Positions 49,109 to 62,149 of a DNA stretch of 64,000 nucleotides are shown in pieces. Source of the DNA: Hemiscyllium ocellatum (taxonomy: Eukaryota); NCBI RefSeq assembly GCF_020745735.1, contig NC_083426.1:34472001-34536000 (forward strand), written 5' to 3'. The number at the start of each line of letters is the position of its first letter. Position 1 is the stretch's first letter. Under the pieces are notes generated by a model. It made no database searches and was not told where the DNA came from. It saw only the letters and a program-made list of their open reading frames with translations. The position numbers and the translations under genes were made by a program.

Positions 49109-51499
49109 TAGCTATTTTTAAATCCACCTGTTCAGACATGTTATGATATTCCTCAGGAGCAGATGGGATTTGAGGCCAGCTGTTCTAACCCAGAAGCAGG
49201 GAGGTTAGCACTGCACCAGTAGAGCCCTGTAGACATGTTACAAGGCATGAAAATGATGAATTATCCACTTTGGAAAGAAAACATGGCAAAACAGAATATT
49301 ATTTATGAGAGATTAGCAAACATGGTTATTCTGAGCACTGTAGGTTTCCTTGCACATGACTTATGAAAAACAAGCATGTCAGTGTAGCAAATATTTAGGA
49401 AGGAGCATAGTATATCAGCTGCCTGGATTGCTGAGTTCCTCCAGCCTCCTACTTGTCAGCCATTATTGCAAGACAGTTGGAGCATCAGTATAGTGAAATC
49501 TTCCATCAATCAATCAGTTATGGTGTAGTGAGATCTCAAGTGGAATACCATGTTTAGTTTAGCTTCATTTACTTAAAGATATACTTACCTCAGAATGTGG
49601 CAAAAGAAAGCGTACCTAGAATGATTCATCGATTGAAGGGGTTGTCCTCTAAAGGGAAGATTGAATAAAACACATCTCTTTTCAGGACTCATAACATAGA
49701 TGTCTGCTGGGCGATTCAACAATGATAACGCTGGATATCAGGAGATTCTCTCTGGTTACAGCTAGTTTTTATCTGGCACCTATGTGGCACAAATATCACT
49801 TGACACTTAAGTCCAAATCTGAAAGTTGCCAAGCTCTTGCTAAATATGGGCACAAACGTTTTTTTAAAAATGTTATCATGTTCTTCTTTTCCCTTTATTT
49901 ATTAAGTTATTTTAATGCAGTTAATCTTTATTAATGCACACTTTAAAGAGGATTTACCCTAAAAATTGAACACTGTTAATAATGGGAGAAATAAAACAAG
50001 CTAATGTCATGTCAAAGCATTATAAACTTAAATTTAATTCAACAACAAAAAAATTGATTTTGTGTTTTTGTGGGAAAAGTGTCACTAATAAATATATTGA
50101 AAATTTTTAAAAACCTTGTCATAATTTAGATTGATTACTTTGGAAAAGTTGTTTTAATTAAATATTGTGTTAACACTTTGCATTGATTTAAAAGTACCTC
50201 ACCCATCTTTTTCTGCACAAAGTACTGCAAACTCGGAGTAGTAGCTAATAAGTTGTAAGTTTTAAGCAAGCCAACATTTGTTAAAGATTAGAGTTCTCCA
50301 CTGTTTTAAACCAACTGAATGCATATGGAATACTTGAGCTGAACTCAATAAAATGAAGTTTGCATGCTTCACTACACCTCTTTTTATTAGTGCAATATAA
50401 TGATATATAAATAAGTAAGGTAATCAGAACACTATAACACACTTGATTAATGTGGCAGCGCCCTAACCTATCTACACTTCATTCACACAAGCCTGATCTT
50501 AGTCTTACCATTGGGCAAATAACATTTGTCCTCTTGACTTATTATTGTTCAAATAGAGGACAACAATAAGGCAAACACTTTACAAATGATTTAACCAAAA
50601 ACCAGCCACCAAAGGAAAATAACTCAAAGAGATGGGATAAACTATTAAAACAAAATCCACATTGTTGAAAACATTGCTGAATGGTAATTATCAAGGCTAT
50701 AAAATGACAACAGTGCTTTTGATTCTAAGATTAACAAATTTGGGAATAGGAATATATGTATTGTTTCAGACTGGCTCATGGGTTAAACTCCAAGTAAAAT
50801 AAGATTTAACCAAATGGGTCATAAAGTATTTTGAACTTATACCTTTGGACTGGAATCTCAAAATATAGTTTAGAAAGAGATTTAGTTATATTATGATAAG
50901 CTGACTCATACTAACATATATTCTTAGTGCTGTCAGGACCCAGCCCTTACATTTATTAAGCTATTATTTTAGTTGAATTCAAGCTGTAGTAAAGTGAAAC
51001 TAATACTTGATATACTTGAGAACTTTGTTATGGACTCCCACATTAAAAAAAAGAGTGGAGATTTAGTTATAGGTAACTGAATGATATTCCTCTATAGCTC
51101 ACAGAGGAAACTGTGAGATTACAGCCATTGTATCACAATGTGAGTTTTTACTTGCTCAATTTAGGACATTATTATAGAATCATTTACATTAGGAGCTGAA
51201 TCTTATTTTTATTTAGCTAATTCTTAAGTTGTGTTGACTTTATGGAGGGATTTCTGCTGTAAGATCAAGCAAGTTTTCTTGCTGACCTTTATCAACTCGC
51301 TTCATCAACTATCTACCTAACTCCTGGGGAGCCTATCACATTCAATTCTGATGGTATCTTGCCTTGCATTGTTCCCAGAGCAGCTGACCACTCAGTGGAT
51401 ATCTGATGAAAGACTTGCATTCCTTGCACTCAGGTCTCTTTAACAGACCACTGTGCACCCAACAAGCACTGCCATTCTGAAGCTACCCTGCTTATTGAT

Positions 51500-51740
51500 G
51501 GACAGAATGTGAAGAAATCAGCAAAGGCGAAGCTGGCACTGGGATTCTCTGAGAGAACCATGGAGGGCCTGATCAAGGGATGTAGTGAAGAAGTCCTCTT
51601 TACAATGTATTGGTAGAGACAAGACACAAGCTCACACTCAGGCAGCCCAGTCTGAGATTACCCCCATCTTCCCCAAGGCCAGTGCCATTTCCACAAACAA
51701 ATGGACATCAGCTACATTAGAAGGTCAATGACCTGTCCAC
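51500..51740 (+). mobile_element. Possible PIF/Harbinger Myb/SANT-like ORF relic
   Basis: Translates AKAKLALGFSERTMEGLIKGCSEEVLF and later KVNDL, resembling the FS..E.E.L.....VLF...KWNDL pattern of Harbinger Myb/SANT proteins; interrupted by stops. Confidence 0.35.
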
Positions 51741-52439
51741 TGATTGGGGTATCTCTATGGACATTTGTAAAGATTGAGACTTTCAGACATGGTTGCTTGC
51801 TTGCGGCATGGGCACGGTGTTTGCCACATAAGCTGATGGCACATAGCACGGGGTGAGATTTACGTAGCACTGTCTAGAAGATGTCTGTCTCCTTGATGGA
51901 GGACTGCTGACCATAAATGGGAGTTCCTGATTGCATGACTAATTGGTAAGGCAAGGTTTGGATGATGCATGATTCAGGTAAATATTTAAGTAAGCAAGCA
52001 CTAGGAGAGCAACCAAGAAACCCTGAGTGCAGCCTGGTCTAATCTGCATGCTGGAACCCTGTTGATGCATACACAGTGTCCTTGCTGCAGCCACCCAATG
52101 CTGATCATTTTTGTGATTTGCAATTCAAGACTGCTTCAAGAATGTACAACCAGTGTACTGGAGAGATACCATGGTGGTCATGAGAAATTAGCAAATGTTG
52201 GATGCTAATATCCAAGGATGAGAGGTGTGTGCATTTCGTGCCCCTGGATTGTACTCTGTGATCATCTTTGATCATACCCAACGTGGTGGTCCTTCAGAGC
52301 AAGCAGATGCTAAATGTGCCAGATGCAGCTCTAATTTCCATTTCATGTTTTCCTGATGTCTAGCTTATTTGACATGGTTGTTGAGATAAGAAGCTGAATA
52401 TTGGTGAGTTGGTCTGTTATCATTTAACAAGTTGTAATC

Positions 52440-53350
52440 CTGTATAGTTTAGCACCAAACACATTCCATGCCACCACTGTCTGGAAAACAGAATTCCAAA
52501 GGCTAATAAACATCAAAGAAGAAATCACTCCTTATTTCCAACTTAAATAGAGCCTCTTTACTTACCAGCTATGCCTCTAATTCACAATTCCCCCGTTAGA
52601 AAAATATTTTCTCATCATCTACTCTTTCAAGCCCCTTAGAATCTTATATGTTTCAACAGATCATTTTTCATTTCCTTAAACACTGATGAGTATAGACCAA
52701 ACCTTCTATATCTTTCCTCATGTCAAGAATCAACCTAGTGAACTTCCTCCAAACCAGTTCCAGTAAAGAGACAAATACTGGACACAGATGCGATCTCGCC
52801 AATGCTCTGTCCAGTTATAGCAAAACTTCTCTCCTTTCATACTCCAACTTCTTGTAGTGAAGGCCAATCCCCCAATTACCGAACTACTTTATGTATCTGC
52901 ATGCTAATATTTTGGGATTCATGTGTAAAAACACCCTGAGCATCCTGCAGACATTCTCCATTTAAATAATATTTTGCTTTTCCATTCCTCCTGCCAAGCA
53001 GAAAACCTGAAATGTTTCTACATGATACTCTAACTGTCAAAATGTTGCCCACTTATTTTACCTCCATCTCCTTGCAGACTTTCTGTATCCTCCCCACAAC
53101 TGGCTCTGTCACTCATCGGTTCACCAGCAAATTTGGCTATAATACAGTTAGTCTCTTCATTTAATTAAATATAGATCATAAATCTATATCATTGATTCAA
53201 AATAATCCATAGTAAACTCTCGAAACTACAGTTTGCCAACTCTCAAATAACTCATTCATTTCAACACACTGTTCTCTGTCAGTTTCCCAATCCTCTATCC
53301 ATCCCAATATACCAGTCTGAGTTGTTAACTTGTACGGTAACATTTTAATA
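52440..53350 (-). mobile_element. Old CR1 LINE fragment
   Basis: Reverse-strand CR1-like 3' sequence (gaattccaaaggcta..., ccccttagaatcttatatgtttcaa). Confidence 0.55.
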
Positions 53351-53480
53351 TTGAGTCATATTGATTTGATACGATTTGACCAATGGTGTCCATGCCAACT
53401 TCTTGGTGGAGCCATCCAATTATCCCAACATCTGTGCTGTTTTGCCAATTGCCTGTTAACCAACAAATTAACTTCTACTG

Positions 53481-53803
53481 TTTAGATTAGATTAGATTAC
53501 ATTACATTACATTACAGTGTGGAAACAGGCCCTTCGGCCCAACAAGTCCACACCAACCCGCCGAAGCGTAACCCACCCATATCCCTACATTTACCCCTTA
53601 CCTAACACTACAGGCAATTTAGCATGGCCAATTCGCCTGACCTGCACATCTTTGGACTGTGGGAGGAAACCAGAGCACCCGGAGGAAACCCACGCAGACA
53701 CGGGGAGAATGTGAAAACTTCACACAGTCAGTCGCCTGAGGCGGGAATTGAACCCCGGTCTCTGGCGCTGTGAGGCAGCAGTGCTAACCACTGTACCACC
53801 GTG
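53481..53803 (-). mobile_element. HE1-like SINE, young
   Basis: (ATTAG)n(ATTAC)n tail; near-identical to the copy at 27158-27470. Confidence 0.9.
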
Positions 53804-53944
53804 CCTGCATATATTAAGAAATGTTTTTGATTTTACCTTCTAATCTAACATTTTCAGCACTTCCTCTTCCAGACTGAAAAACTGATGCTTATTGTCTGAA
53901 TATTTCAAACATGGAGGAGAACATCAGGAGACAGCAAAGCTTGT

Positions 53945-54450
53945 CCACCAACTCCAAGGCAAAAGTCAAGAGCTTCATGGAATACTTTGGAACAGCACTT
54001 ACCAGGCGAGTTGAATCACATCTCATAAGCTCAGAACCATTCAAGTCAAAAGGATGCGACTTAACTGGTACCCATTCAAAACCTTAAACATGAATTCCCC
54101 TCCAGTGTTGAAGCACAGTCAAAGCAGTGTGTACTATCTACAAGATACTGAAGGAACTCAATAATTCTCCCTCCAAAACACCTTATAATGCTACAACCTC
54201 TGCCTACAGTAACAGCAGAAGCATAGAAACACCCTCCACTTGCAGATTTTTCTCCAATTCACACACTTTGCTGACTTGGAACTACATCGCTGTTCCTTCA
54301 CTGTCGTTGGTACAAAATCCTGGAACTCTGTTGAATATCACTGTACATATGAATTCATCATAAGGACTGCAACAGTTCAAGAAGCCTGATCACCGCAGTG
54401 TGAAGGTTATTTAGGATCAGGCAGCTAGTGCTAACTTAGTCAGTGATGAT
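53945..54450 (+). mobile_element. CR1-clade LINE, second family, 3' relic
   Basis: Shares ctgacttggaactacatcgctgttccttca...aatcctggaactc and ggactgcaacagttcaagaag with the copies at 19300-19460 and 31850-31980. Confidence 0.65.
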
Positions 54451-54621
54451 TCTTAAGAAATGACATAGATAAGTAACAAATCAGCAAGCAGATAAACCAA
54501 GAGATAACCATAAATGATTAGACTGGCATTAATGAGGATTACCAAATTCCTGACAAATACAGAGAAGGTGCCTCTTGATTTTGGACTAAGTTATATGCTG
54601 AAGGCAACAATTATCGTAACG

Positions 54622-54920
54622 ATTTAGATTACTTACAGTGTGGAACCAGGCCCTTCAGCTCAACAAGTCCACACCGACCAGCGGAAGCGCAACCCACCCA
54701 GACCCATTCCCCTACACCCAGACCCATTCCCCTACGCCTAACACTACGGGCAATTTAGCGTGACCAATTCACCTAACCTGCACATTTTTTTGGGATTGTG
54801 GGAGGAAACCGGAGCATTCGGAAGAAACCCACGCAGACACGGGGAGAATGTGCAAACTCCACACAGTCGACTGAGGTGGGAATTGAACTCTAGTCTCTGG
54901 CGCTGTGAGGCAGCAGTGCC
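54622..54920 (-). mobile_element. HE1-like SINE with an internal 20-bp tandem duplication
   Basis: Reverse SINE; cacccagacccattccccta occurs twice in tandem at ~54695-54734. Confidence 0.85.
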
Positions 54921-57900
54921 AAACTGCTATTAATTACTTTGAGAATTCTATGCAAAACTGTGAAGACATGCTTATTCACAAAGGAACTGACAGTTAGAAG
55001 ATGCAGAAAGCTGTACAAAGGAACATTTAACACCTTCACACCGAGTAATGCATAGACAAGAGAGGGTTGAAATTCTTGAACCTTGACACTGGGGGTATAT
55101 ATTGCTCTTCATGTAAAGATACTCAAAACTCTGTGTAGCTGTATTCCCATTCTATAATTTGTGGGGATCATTAGGTGTTGAGAGAATAGAGCTAATCCTG
55201 CGTATGCAACAGGCAATGACCATCACAAAAATAACAACTGCAAACGAGATCCGAAGTGGTGTTTCTGACCTCCTATCTTGATTTTATGGAAATAGGAGTC
55301 AACCTGCAGCACTAAAGAAAATTGAATATAATAATAGTGTTAGCTTTTCAATTTTAAACAATTTCCATATCACTGATCTCAATGTCCTCTAGTAGTTTAG
55401 AAGTAATCAAAGCTTCTGTCTGTTAATCTCAAATGGTTGAAGTCCATTAGCAGTTTCAGGCATGGGTTTTCATGCCCTCACCACCTTATGAACCTCAGTT
55501 AGACCATCTTTAATGATGTCTTTTATCCAGGCAGAACAGTTCTTCTTTCTCTAGACGTTACTTTACAATTCTGATCTTTGACAATGGGGATTAGCCTCAC
55601 GATACCTCCAATGTTAAATGGCTCTTTTGTGTGTTCTAATGTTGCTCATGCTGATCATATGGCACAGTGGTAACAATCCGACCACTGGACCAGAGGTTGA
55701 GACATCAATCCACACCTCAGAATCTGACAGCAATGAAAAGTGTGTCTCACAACATGACCAAATAGGCCGATAATCAATCTGTAAATCTTTCCGCTATGAC
55801 TGTGGCAGAAAGTAAGGTGTGAAGTTTTCCTGGTCAGCCTGAATGGTTTCCTTCAAATCACTAACCATCTGTATCCTCTGCAACTTTGGGAATTTCTGAA
55901 TCTAGGCAATTTGTGCAAGTTTGAAACTACAATGGTCCCAACACCCTGTTCACATTACTGAGTAATTCTCTCTCCCCCAATCCTCACCAGACTTAATTCT
56001 AAACAAGTACTCGTTGTTTTCATATTTTTATATACATCTCCAGAGATTGCCATGAAGGTTCCAGTTTAGCTAATAGCCTTTGATGTGAAATTTTGTAAAA
56101 TGCCTTTTAAATGTCTGGAAGCTGAAAATTTCATAGTGTTTATATCACCCATAAGAAAAGACAATATCACAAAGACGGACATTCAACAAGGTTACCCTGC
56201 AATCATAATGTGTTCCAGGTAAAGAAGGTGGGGCTCAGACTTCTGCACTTCAACAAGAGGAAGTAATGTCCTCGAGATTTAAAAATTGGCCAGTGGCTTT
56301 GCCAGTGCCAGGACTGATCACAGCTGCTGAGACTTCAAGTGGGCTTGTGACAAAGATCAGTCATGATAGATGAACCCAGTTATGTATGGAGTTTTGAACA
56401 GGGAAGGGTTGGCTAGTCAAGGCAGGAAGATCATCTAAGTAAGAATAAAAGCGAACAATATGTTGAGGGAGTTGTCCCCTCAATATGCAAAACACATACC
56501 TTACATCCAATCTCCAGAGAATATCCCCCATCCCCTTATCATTTTTAAAATAATGGTGGCCAGGCCACTGTTTTTTAATACCTGCTCAGCTGCAAGGTTA
56601 TGAGATCAGATTGGTTGTAGGCAGGAACTGGTGGACTAGCCACACTTCATATTTTACATGACACCAGCTTCCCATCACCACCACCAGCTCCTAACTGGGA
56701 GCCATCAAATCCAAGCCAAGATTTGTCATGTATTAAAATTTATGATTTCTCCTCAAACTCATGAAAGTTGATTAGGCAGGAACTGCTCATTAAATCAATG
56801 CTGATAGTTGTAAATTGCATTATTACACTGATTGTACATAATCTTACTTCTGGTAATTGATTCCATTATTTCATTTGCATTGATCAAGAGTAGCAAATTA
56901 AAACCTGTGAGCCTCTTCCATCATTCATTCTAATCATAACTGGGCTGCACCTGAGCTCCATGTGCCCATCTTCATTCTCTTTCCTTGATACCTTTTAATG
57001 AAACTATAACCAATCATTCTCCTTGTTGGAAATGACAGGAGCTAACAAAGCCTTTTCCATTAGAGTTTTTGATAACCTTATATATTGTGTTCGTAATCAG
57101 TCATAAGTCATACTGCACCTTTTAGGATTTTCATTTCATCTTTTTTGTAACATTTATGCTTTGCTTTTGATCTTAAGAAAACCTGAACCAAATTCCTACT
57201 TTTAAACATTGATTCAACTTGAGTGAATGTGCTCTAATGAAGTCAAAATTAATCAATTATGTAATCTACAGTGATATTTTAAAATTAAACACGAGCCCTA
57301 TTCCCAACGGTAATTTTGTCAGGATTTTCTTTCTCCCTTACTTTTTTCTCAGAAGTTATTTCTTATTTGTAAAAAAAGAATGCCCTTACTGAATTGACTT
57401 TGAATTACACACCTTGACACTGATTAGCGCTAAACCCTGTGGACAATCAAATGGAGTTTGATTGAAGGGAAATATTTATGTAAAGAGACATCACCAAGAA
57501 TGGTCAGCAACTTATGAAATACATAGATTTTGACAAGCCTAGGAATTAATGGCTCTTGTTTCTTTCAAATCTATGAGTTTGGGAAAGTCTGAATAAAGCC
57601 TCAGAAGACTGGAATGGAGCTATAAATTCAACTTATTCAGAGTGAAATTGCTTCCAGAAGTTAATACTGTAGTCAAGTGGTCAATAATCACTGAGGATTA
57701 GGAAGGGAAGGGGATGAAGGTAGATTGATATACTGGAGAATCTACTCCAATGCAAGACTATTCAGTGACTTAGTGATGTGTGCACCAAAAGTTTATTCTT
57801 CCATTTTAGGGCTCTGTCATGGATAGTCTAGTTTCTGATTATTTTCCTTGTTTTGGATTGGAGTAATGTGCTTTAATAAATTTGCATGCATTTCTAAGTA

Positions 57901-58185
57901 CAGACACAACACAAATTGCTTTCTTTCCTTTCAATCAAGTTATTGTTTCTTCTTTATTTTTATTTCAGTTTCTTTATGATATAGTTTCACATACATTTTC
58001 ATTTATAAGTGGTAAGTTATCAATACATTCAATAAACCTTGTTATTTTAACACATTACCAGGTATTTTTACACATTCCTGTCATGTCCAAATAAGGTACC
58101 AGGTTTTAATGAGACTCTGGCAGGGACTCTTATGCTACGCCTTTATCCAACTTTGCAGAATAATGCATGATATAAGCCTCCATAA

Positions 58186-60060
58186 AGTCATAGAGTCATA
58201 GATATGTATACCATGGAAACAGACCCATCAGTCCTGCTCATCCATGCTGAGCACATATCCTAAACTGATCGAGTCCCATTTGCCAGCATTTAGCCCATGT
58301 CCCTCTAAATTCTTCCTATTCATATGTCCCTTCAGATGTCTTTTAAATATTGTAGTTGTACCAGCTTCCACAACTTCCTCTGGCAACTCATTTTATACAT
58401 GCACTGTGCATTAAAAAGCTGTCCCGTAGGTCCGTTTTAAATCTTTCCTCTCTCGCCTTAAACCTATGCCATCTAGTCTTTCACTCCCCTATCCTGGGGA
58501 AAATATCTTGTCCATTCACCCCATCCATGTCTCCCATGATTTTATAAACCCTGATAAAGGTCCCCCCTCAGTCTCTGATGCTCCAGGGAAAGCAGAACAA
58601 AGCTATTCAAATTCCACCTACAGCTCAAACCCTCCAACCCTGGCAACATCCTTATAAATTTCTTCTGAACCATTGCAAGACTAACAACACCTTTCCTACA
58701 GCAGGGAGGCCAGAAATGATCACAACATTCCAAAAACAGCCTAACTAATGTCCTGTACTGCCACAAAATGACTTTTTAACTCCTACACTCAATAGACCGA
58801 CCAATAAAGGCAAGTGTACCAAATGTTATCCTGTCTACCTTTGACTCCACTTTCAAGGAAATATGAACCTGCACTCCAAGGTCTCTTTGTTCAGCAACCC
58901 ATCCCAGGACCTTACCATCAATTGTATAAGTCCGGCCCTGATTTGCCTTTTTAAAATGCAGCACCTCACATTATCTGGATTAAACTCCATCTGCCACTCC
59001 TCAGCCCATTAGCCCATCTGATCAAGATCCCATTGTACTCTGCAGTAACCTTCTTTGCTGTCCACTGCACCTCTGATTTTGGTGTCATCTTCAAATTTAC
59101 TAACTATACCTCCTATGTTCACATCCAAATCATTTATTTAAATTATGAAAAGCAGTGAACCCTGCACCAGTCCTTCTGGCACACCACAGGTCACAGGCCT
59201 CCAGTCTAGCCAAGTTTGCATCCAAGTGGCTAGTTCTCCCTGTATTCCATGTAATCTAATCTTGTAACCAGTCTATTATACAGAAGTTCACTGCCTTACT
59301 GAAGTTCGTACTGACAAAATCCTTCATCAATCTTCTTCATCACTTCTTCAAAAAAACTCAATCACGTTAGAGAGATGTGATTTCTTACGCACAAAGCTAT
59401 GTTGGTTATCCCTAATCAGTCCGTGTCTTTCCAAATACATGCAAATCCTATCCCTCAGGATTTCCTCCAACAACTTACCTTCCACTTACGTCAGGCTCAC
59501 CGGTATATAGTTGCCTGATGTTTCCTTGCCACCTTTCTTAAATAATGGCACCACGTTAGTCAACTTCCAGTCTTACAGCACCTCACCTGTGACTATCACT
59601 GATACAAATCTCAGCAAGGGGTCCAGCATCACTTTCCTAGCTTCCATCATAGTTCTAGGGCATACTGATCAAGCCCCACCTTTATGCATGTTAAGACATC
59701 CAGCAAACCTTTATGCATGTTAAGACATCCAGCAACCTCCCCGCCGCCGCTCCCCCCCTCCACCACCCCCATAACATAGACACATTTTAAGATATCACTA
59801 TTTATTTCCCAAAGTTCTGTAGCTTCCATGTCCTTCTCCAAAGTAAACACTGAAGCAAAATACATGTTTAGTATCTCACCCATCTCCTGCTGTTTCAAAC
59901 ATAGCTGGCCTTGCTGATATTTAAGGACCCTATTCTCTGCCAAGTTACTCTTTTGTCCTTAATTTATTTGTAGAAATTCTTTGGATTCTTCTTAACCCTA
60001 TTTGCCATAGCTATCTCATGTCCCCTTGTTGCCCTCCTGATTCCCTCTGAAATATATCCT
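58186..60060 (-). mobile_element. CR1/HER1 LINE, ~1.9 kb degraded ORF2
   Basis: EMGEILNMYFASVFT.E, EQRDLGVQVH.SLKV, YRTLVR..LECC..FW.P..RK; GAGTCATA tail at the left. Confidence 0.9.
59678..59735 (+). repeat. Perfect 29-bp tandem duplication
   Basis: ACCTTTATGCATGTTAAGACATCCAGCAA at 59678-59706 and 59707-59735. Confidence 0.9.
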
Positions 60061-60630
60061 ATTCCCTTATACACCTCACAATCCTTCTAAAACACAGAGT
60101 CATCAGATTAATGCAAAAAAAATGCATTCAATGCTGAGAAAATAATCACCTCCATGCCACTTTTATGCGAGTTTTCATGTTTACATTTCTCATCTTCTAC
60201 AGGTTAATACTTTGCAAAGTGTATTGCTATACCTGCTGACTATGTGATGATCCCAAACAGATTTGGTGTAGTGCAGTATATTCAGTCTACTTCATCTGTT
60301 CTCATTGCCAATGAGAAAGACTCCAGTTGGAAGAGGATTTCGCTGCTCATTGGATGCTGCCTGAACTGCTGTGCTCTTCCAGCACCACTGATCCAGAGGA
60401 AATTACTGTCCATTTTCCCCATACTTTAAGTTTCAAGATAATAAAATTTCCAGTATAATATTTATCACCATCAACAGTGCTGCTAATAGCTCAATTCTTA
60501 GTATTGTCTAATGATACAGTGACTTTGTTAATTTGTGCAACATATAAAAACAGAAGATAAAAGCTTTAAAACAAAGTAAACTGTTCTGTATATCAGCTTG
60601 AGTATTAATTATGGTAAGTATGGCACTCAC

Positions 60631-60922
60631 CTTAATTGTGAGTTCATCGATTTTCTTTCTACAATCTTCATCTGATTTCTTCCACTGTGCATTATTGACC
60701 GCTTTCTGCATATCTGGCTTCTGGTTTTCATTCTCCTGCTTGCCTGTGCTTTCCTTTTCAACTTCTGTCTCAGAGGCGAACTTTGCTAATTTCAGACTCT
60801 GCAAAGTTTCTCGTTGATGGCGTCTTTTGTCCTCTTCTCTTCTTCTCAGCATTTCAGCAAATGGTACGGTTTCATCCTCCAAGCTTGGCGATGACGTTTC
60901 TTCTTGGTCATTAAACCGGGTG
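60631..60922 (-). CDS. LAD1: Ladinin-1 coding exon, 5'-most in window (TRFNDQEETSSPSLEDETVPFAEMLRRREEDKRRHQRETLQ...KKIDELTIK)
   Basis: 292 nt; acceptor ...gattaag|C (phase 2), donor AAG|gtgagt (phase 0). EDE..F.EMLRRREE.KRR resembles the N-terminal region of LAD1 (DEDEDIQSILRTRQERRQRR) and caldesmon. Confidence 0.85.
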
Positions 60923-61574
60923 CTTAATCACAAATGGAAAATAAGTGTTTAAACACTGATTTATTGGACGAACGATATTTATGTTGTGAATTCATTCCCC
61001 CAAATTGACCATAATTCATGATGGATTTCAAAAGGCCAGGAGCAGTCATTTCCTGTCCCGCAGTACCTTGTAATAACTTTGCTACACAACTGTTCATTGT
61101 TTAACTTTTCTGTGAAATTATGTCAATAAAAATCACCTGACAATTAAAGTTGTGCTACTTGAATTGTTTCACCGTCCAGAGTGGAATAACTGACAGGCCA
61201 CCAGACTCTGTAAAAATTTATATTAAGGTTTTTACTAGATGCTTAGAAACTTCCAACAGCAACATTTAAATTAGTGAAAACTGTAACTGTTTTTAAATAA
61301 GTTATAGGTCTAGTTAAATTGACACAGTTATACGACGATTCAGAATGGAGTAATATTTTAATTAAAGCAGCAGGAACCATATCTTAAATCACTTGCATTG
61401 GATAATTTGTAGACTGTAATGTGGTGTCATGTCATGATAAAAAGTAAATGATTTGTTGAATATAACCTAGCACAAAAGTTTCAAATGGATTTTTGATTTA
61501 AAATTCTAATAGGCCAGAACAGAGTTTGATACACAGCTCCCTGTAGCCATGGGAATATGGACAGTTTTAATACT

Positions 61575-62030
61575 GTCAGGAATGTGGGAATTGCTGGCTA
61601 AAGCAGTATTTATTGCCTGTTCCTAATTACTCTGTAGAAAGCAGTTGTAAGCCACCTTCTTGAACTGATGCAGTCCACATGGTGGAAAATTTCCATTGTG
61701 CTGTTAGGACAGAAGATCGAGAATTTTTACTCCACAACAGTGAGAGATCGACAATATATTTCCAAGTCAGGAATGTGTGTGGCTTGGAGGGGAATGTGCA
61801 GGCGGTGACAAGGCAATTAATCTACTGCCCTTGTCCTTCTGGACAGAGATCTCAGGTTTGTAAGGCACCGATGAAAGAGCTTGAGTGAGTTGCCATGCTG
61901 CTTCTTGTATCTGGTACGCACTGGGACCAGTGTGCAGCAGTGGTGATGGGGGTGACTGTTGAAGATGTTAGATGGGGTGCCAATCAAGCAATCTGCTTTG
62001 TCCTGGATGCCATCAAGCTTCTGGAGTGCA
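61575..62030 (-). mobile_element. CR1-clade LINE, second family, 3' fragment
   Basis: LQKLDGIQDKA.CLIGTP on the minus strand. Confidence 0.75.
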
Positions 62031-62149
62031 CCAACTCTCAAGGCACAGGGGAGCAGCAAGTGGGTTCACCCCGAAATTCCTCAAATTGGCCAGGAAAATT
62101 CATCCACCAAAGTGATGACTCAGAGAAGGTTGCCCCCATGCTCAAACAT

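Noticed and set aside
11646-60922. Calling the gene CALD1 or LSP1
   Set aside because: GVASKR..FEKE...SRK, RSAS.R and RATSFR match ladinin-1; the caldesmon MWEKGNVF and IEERAEFLNKS motifs are absent.
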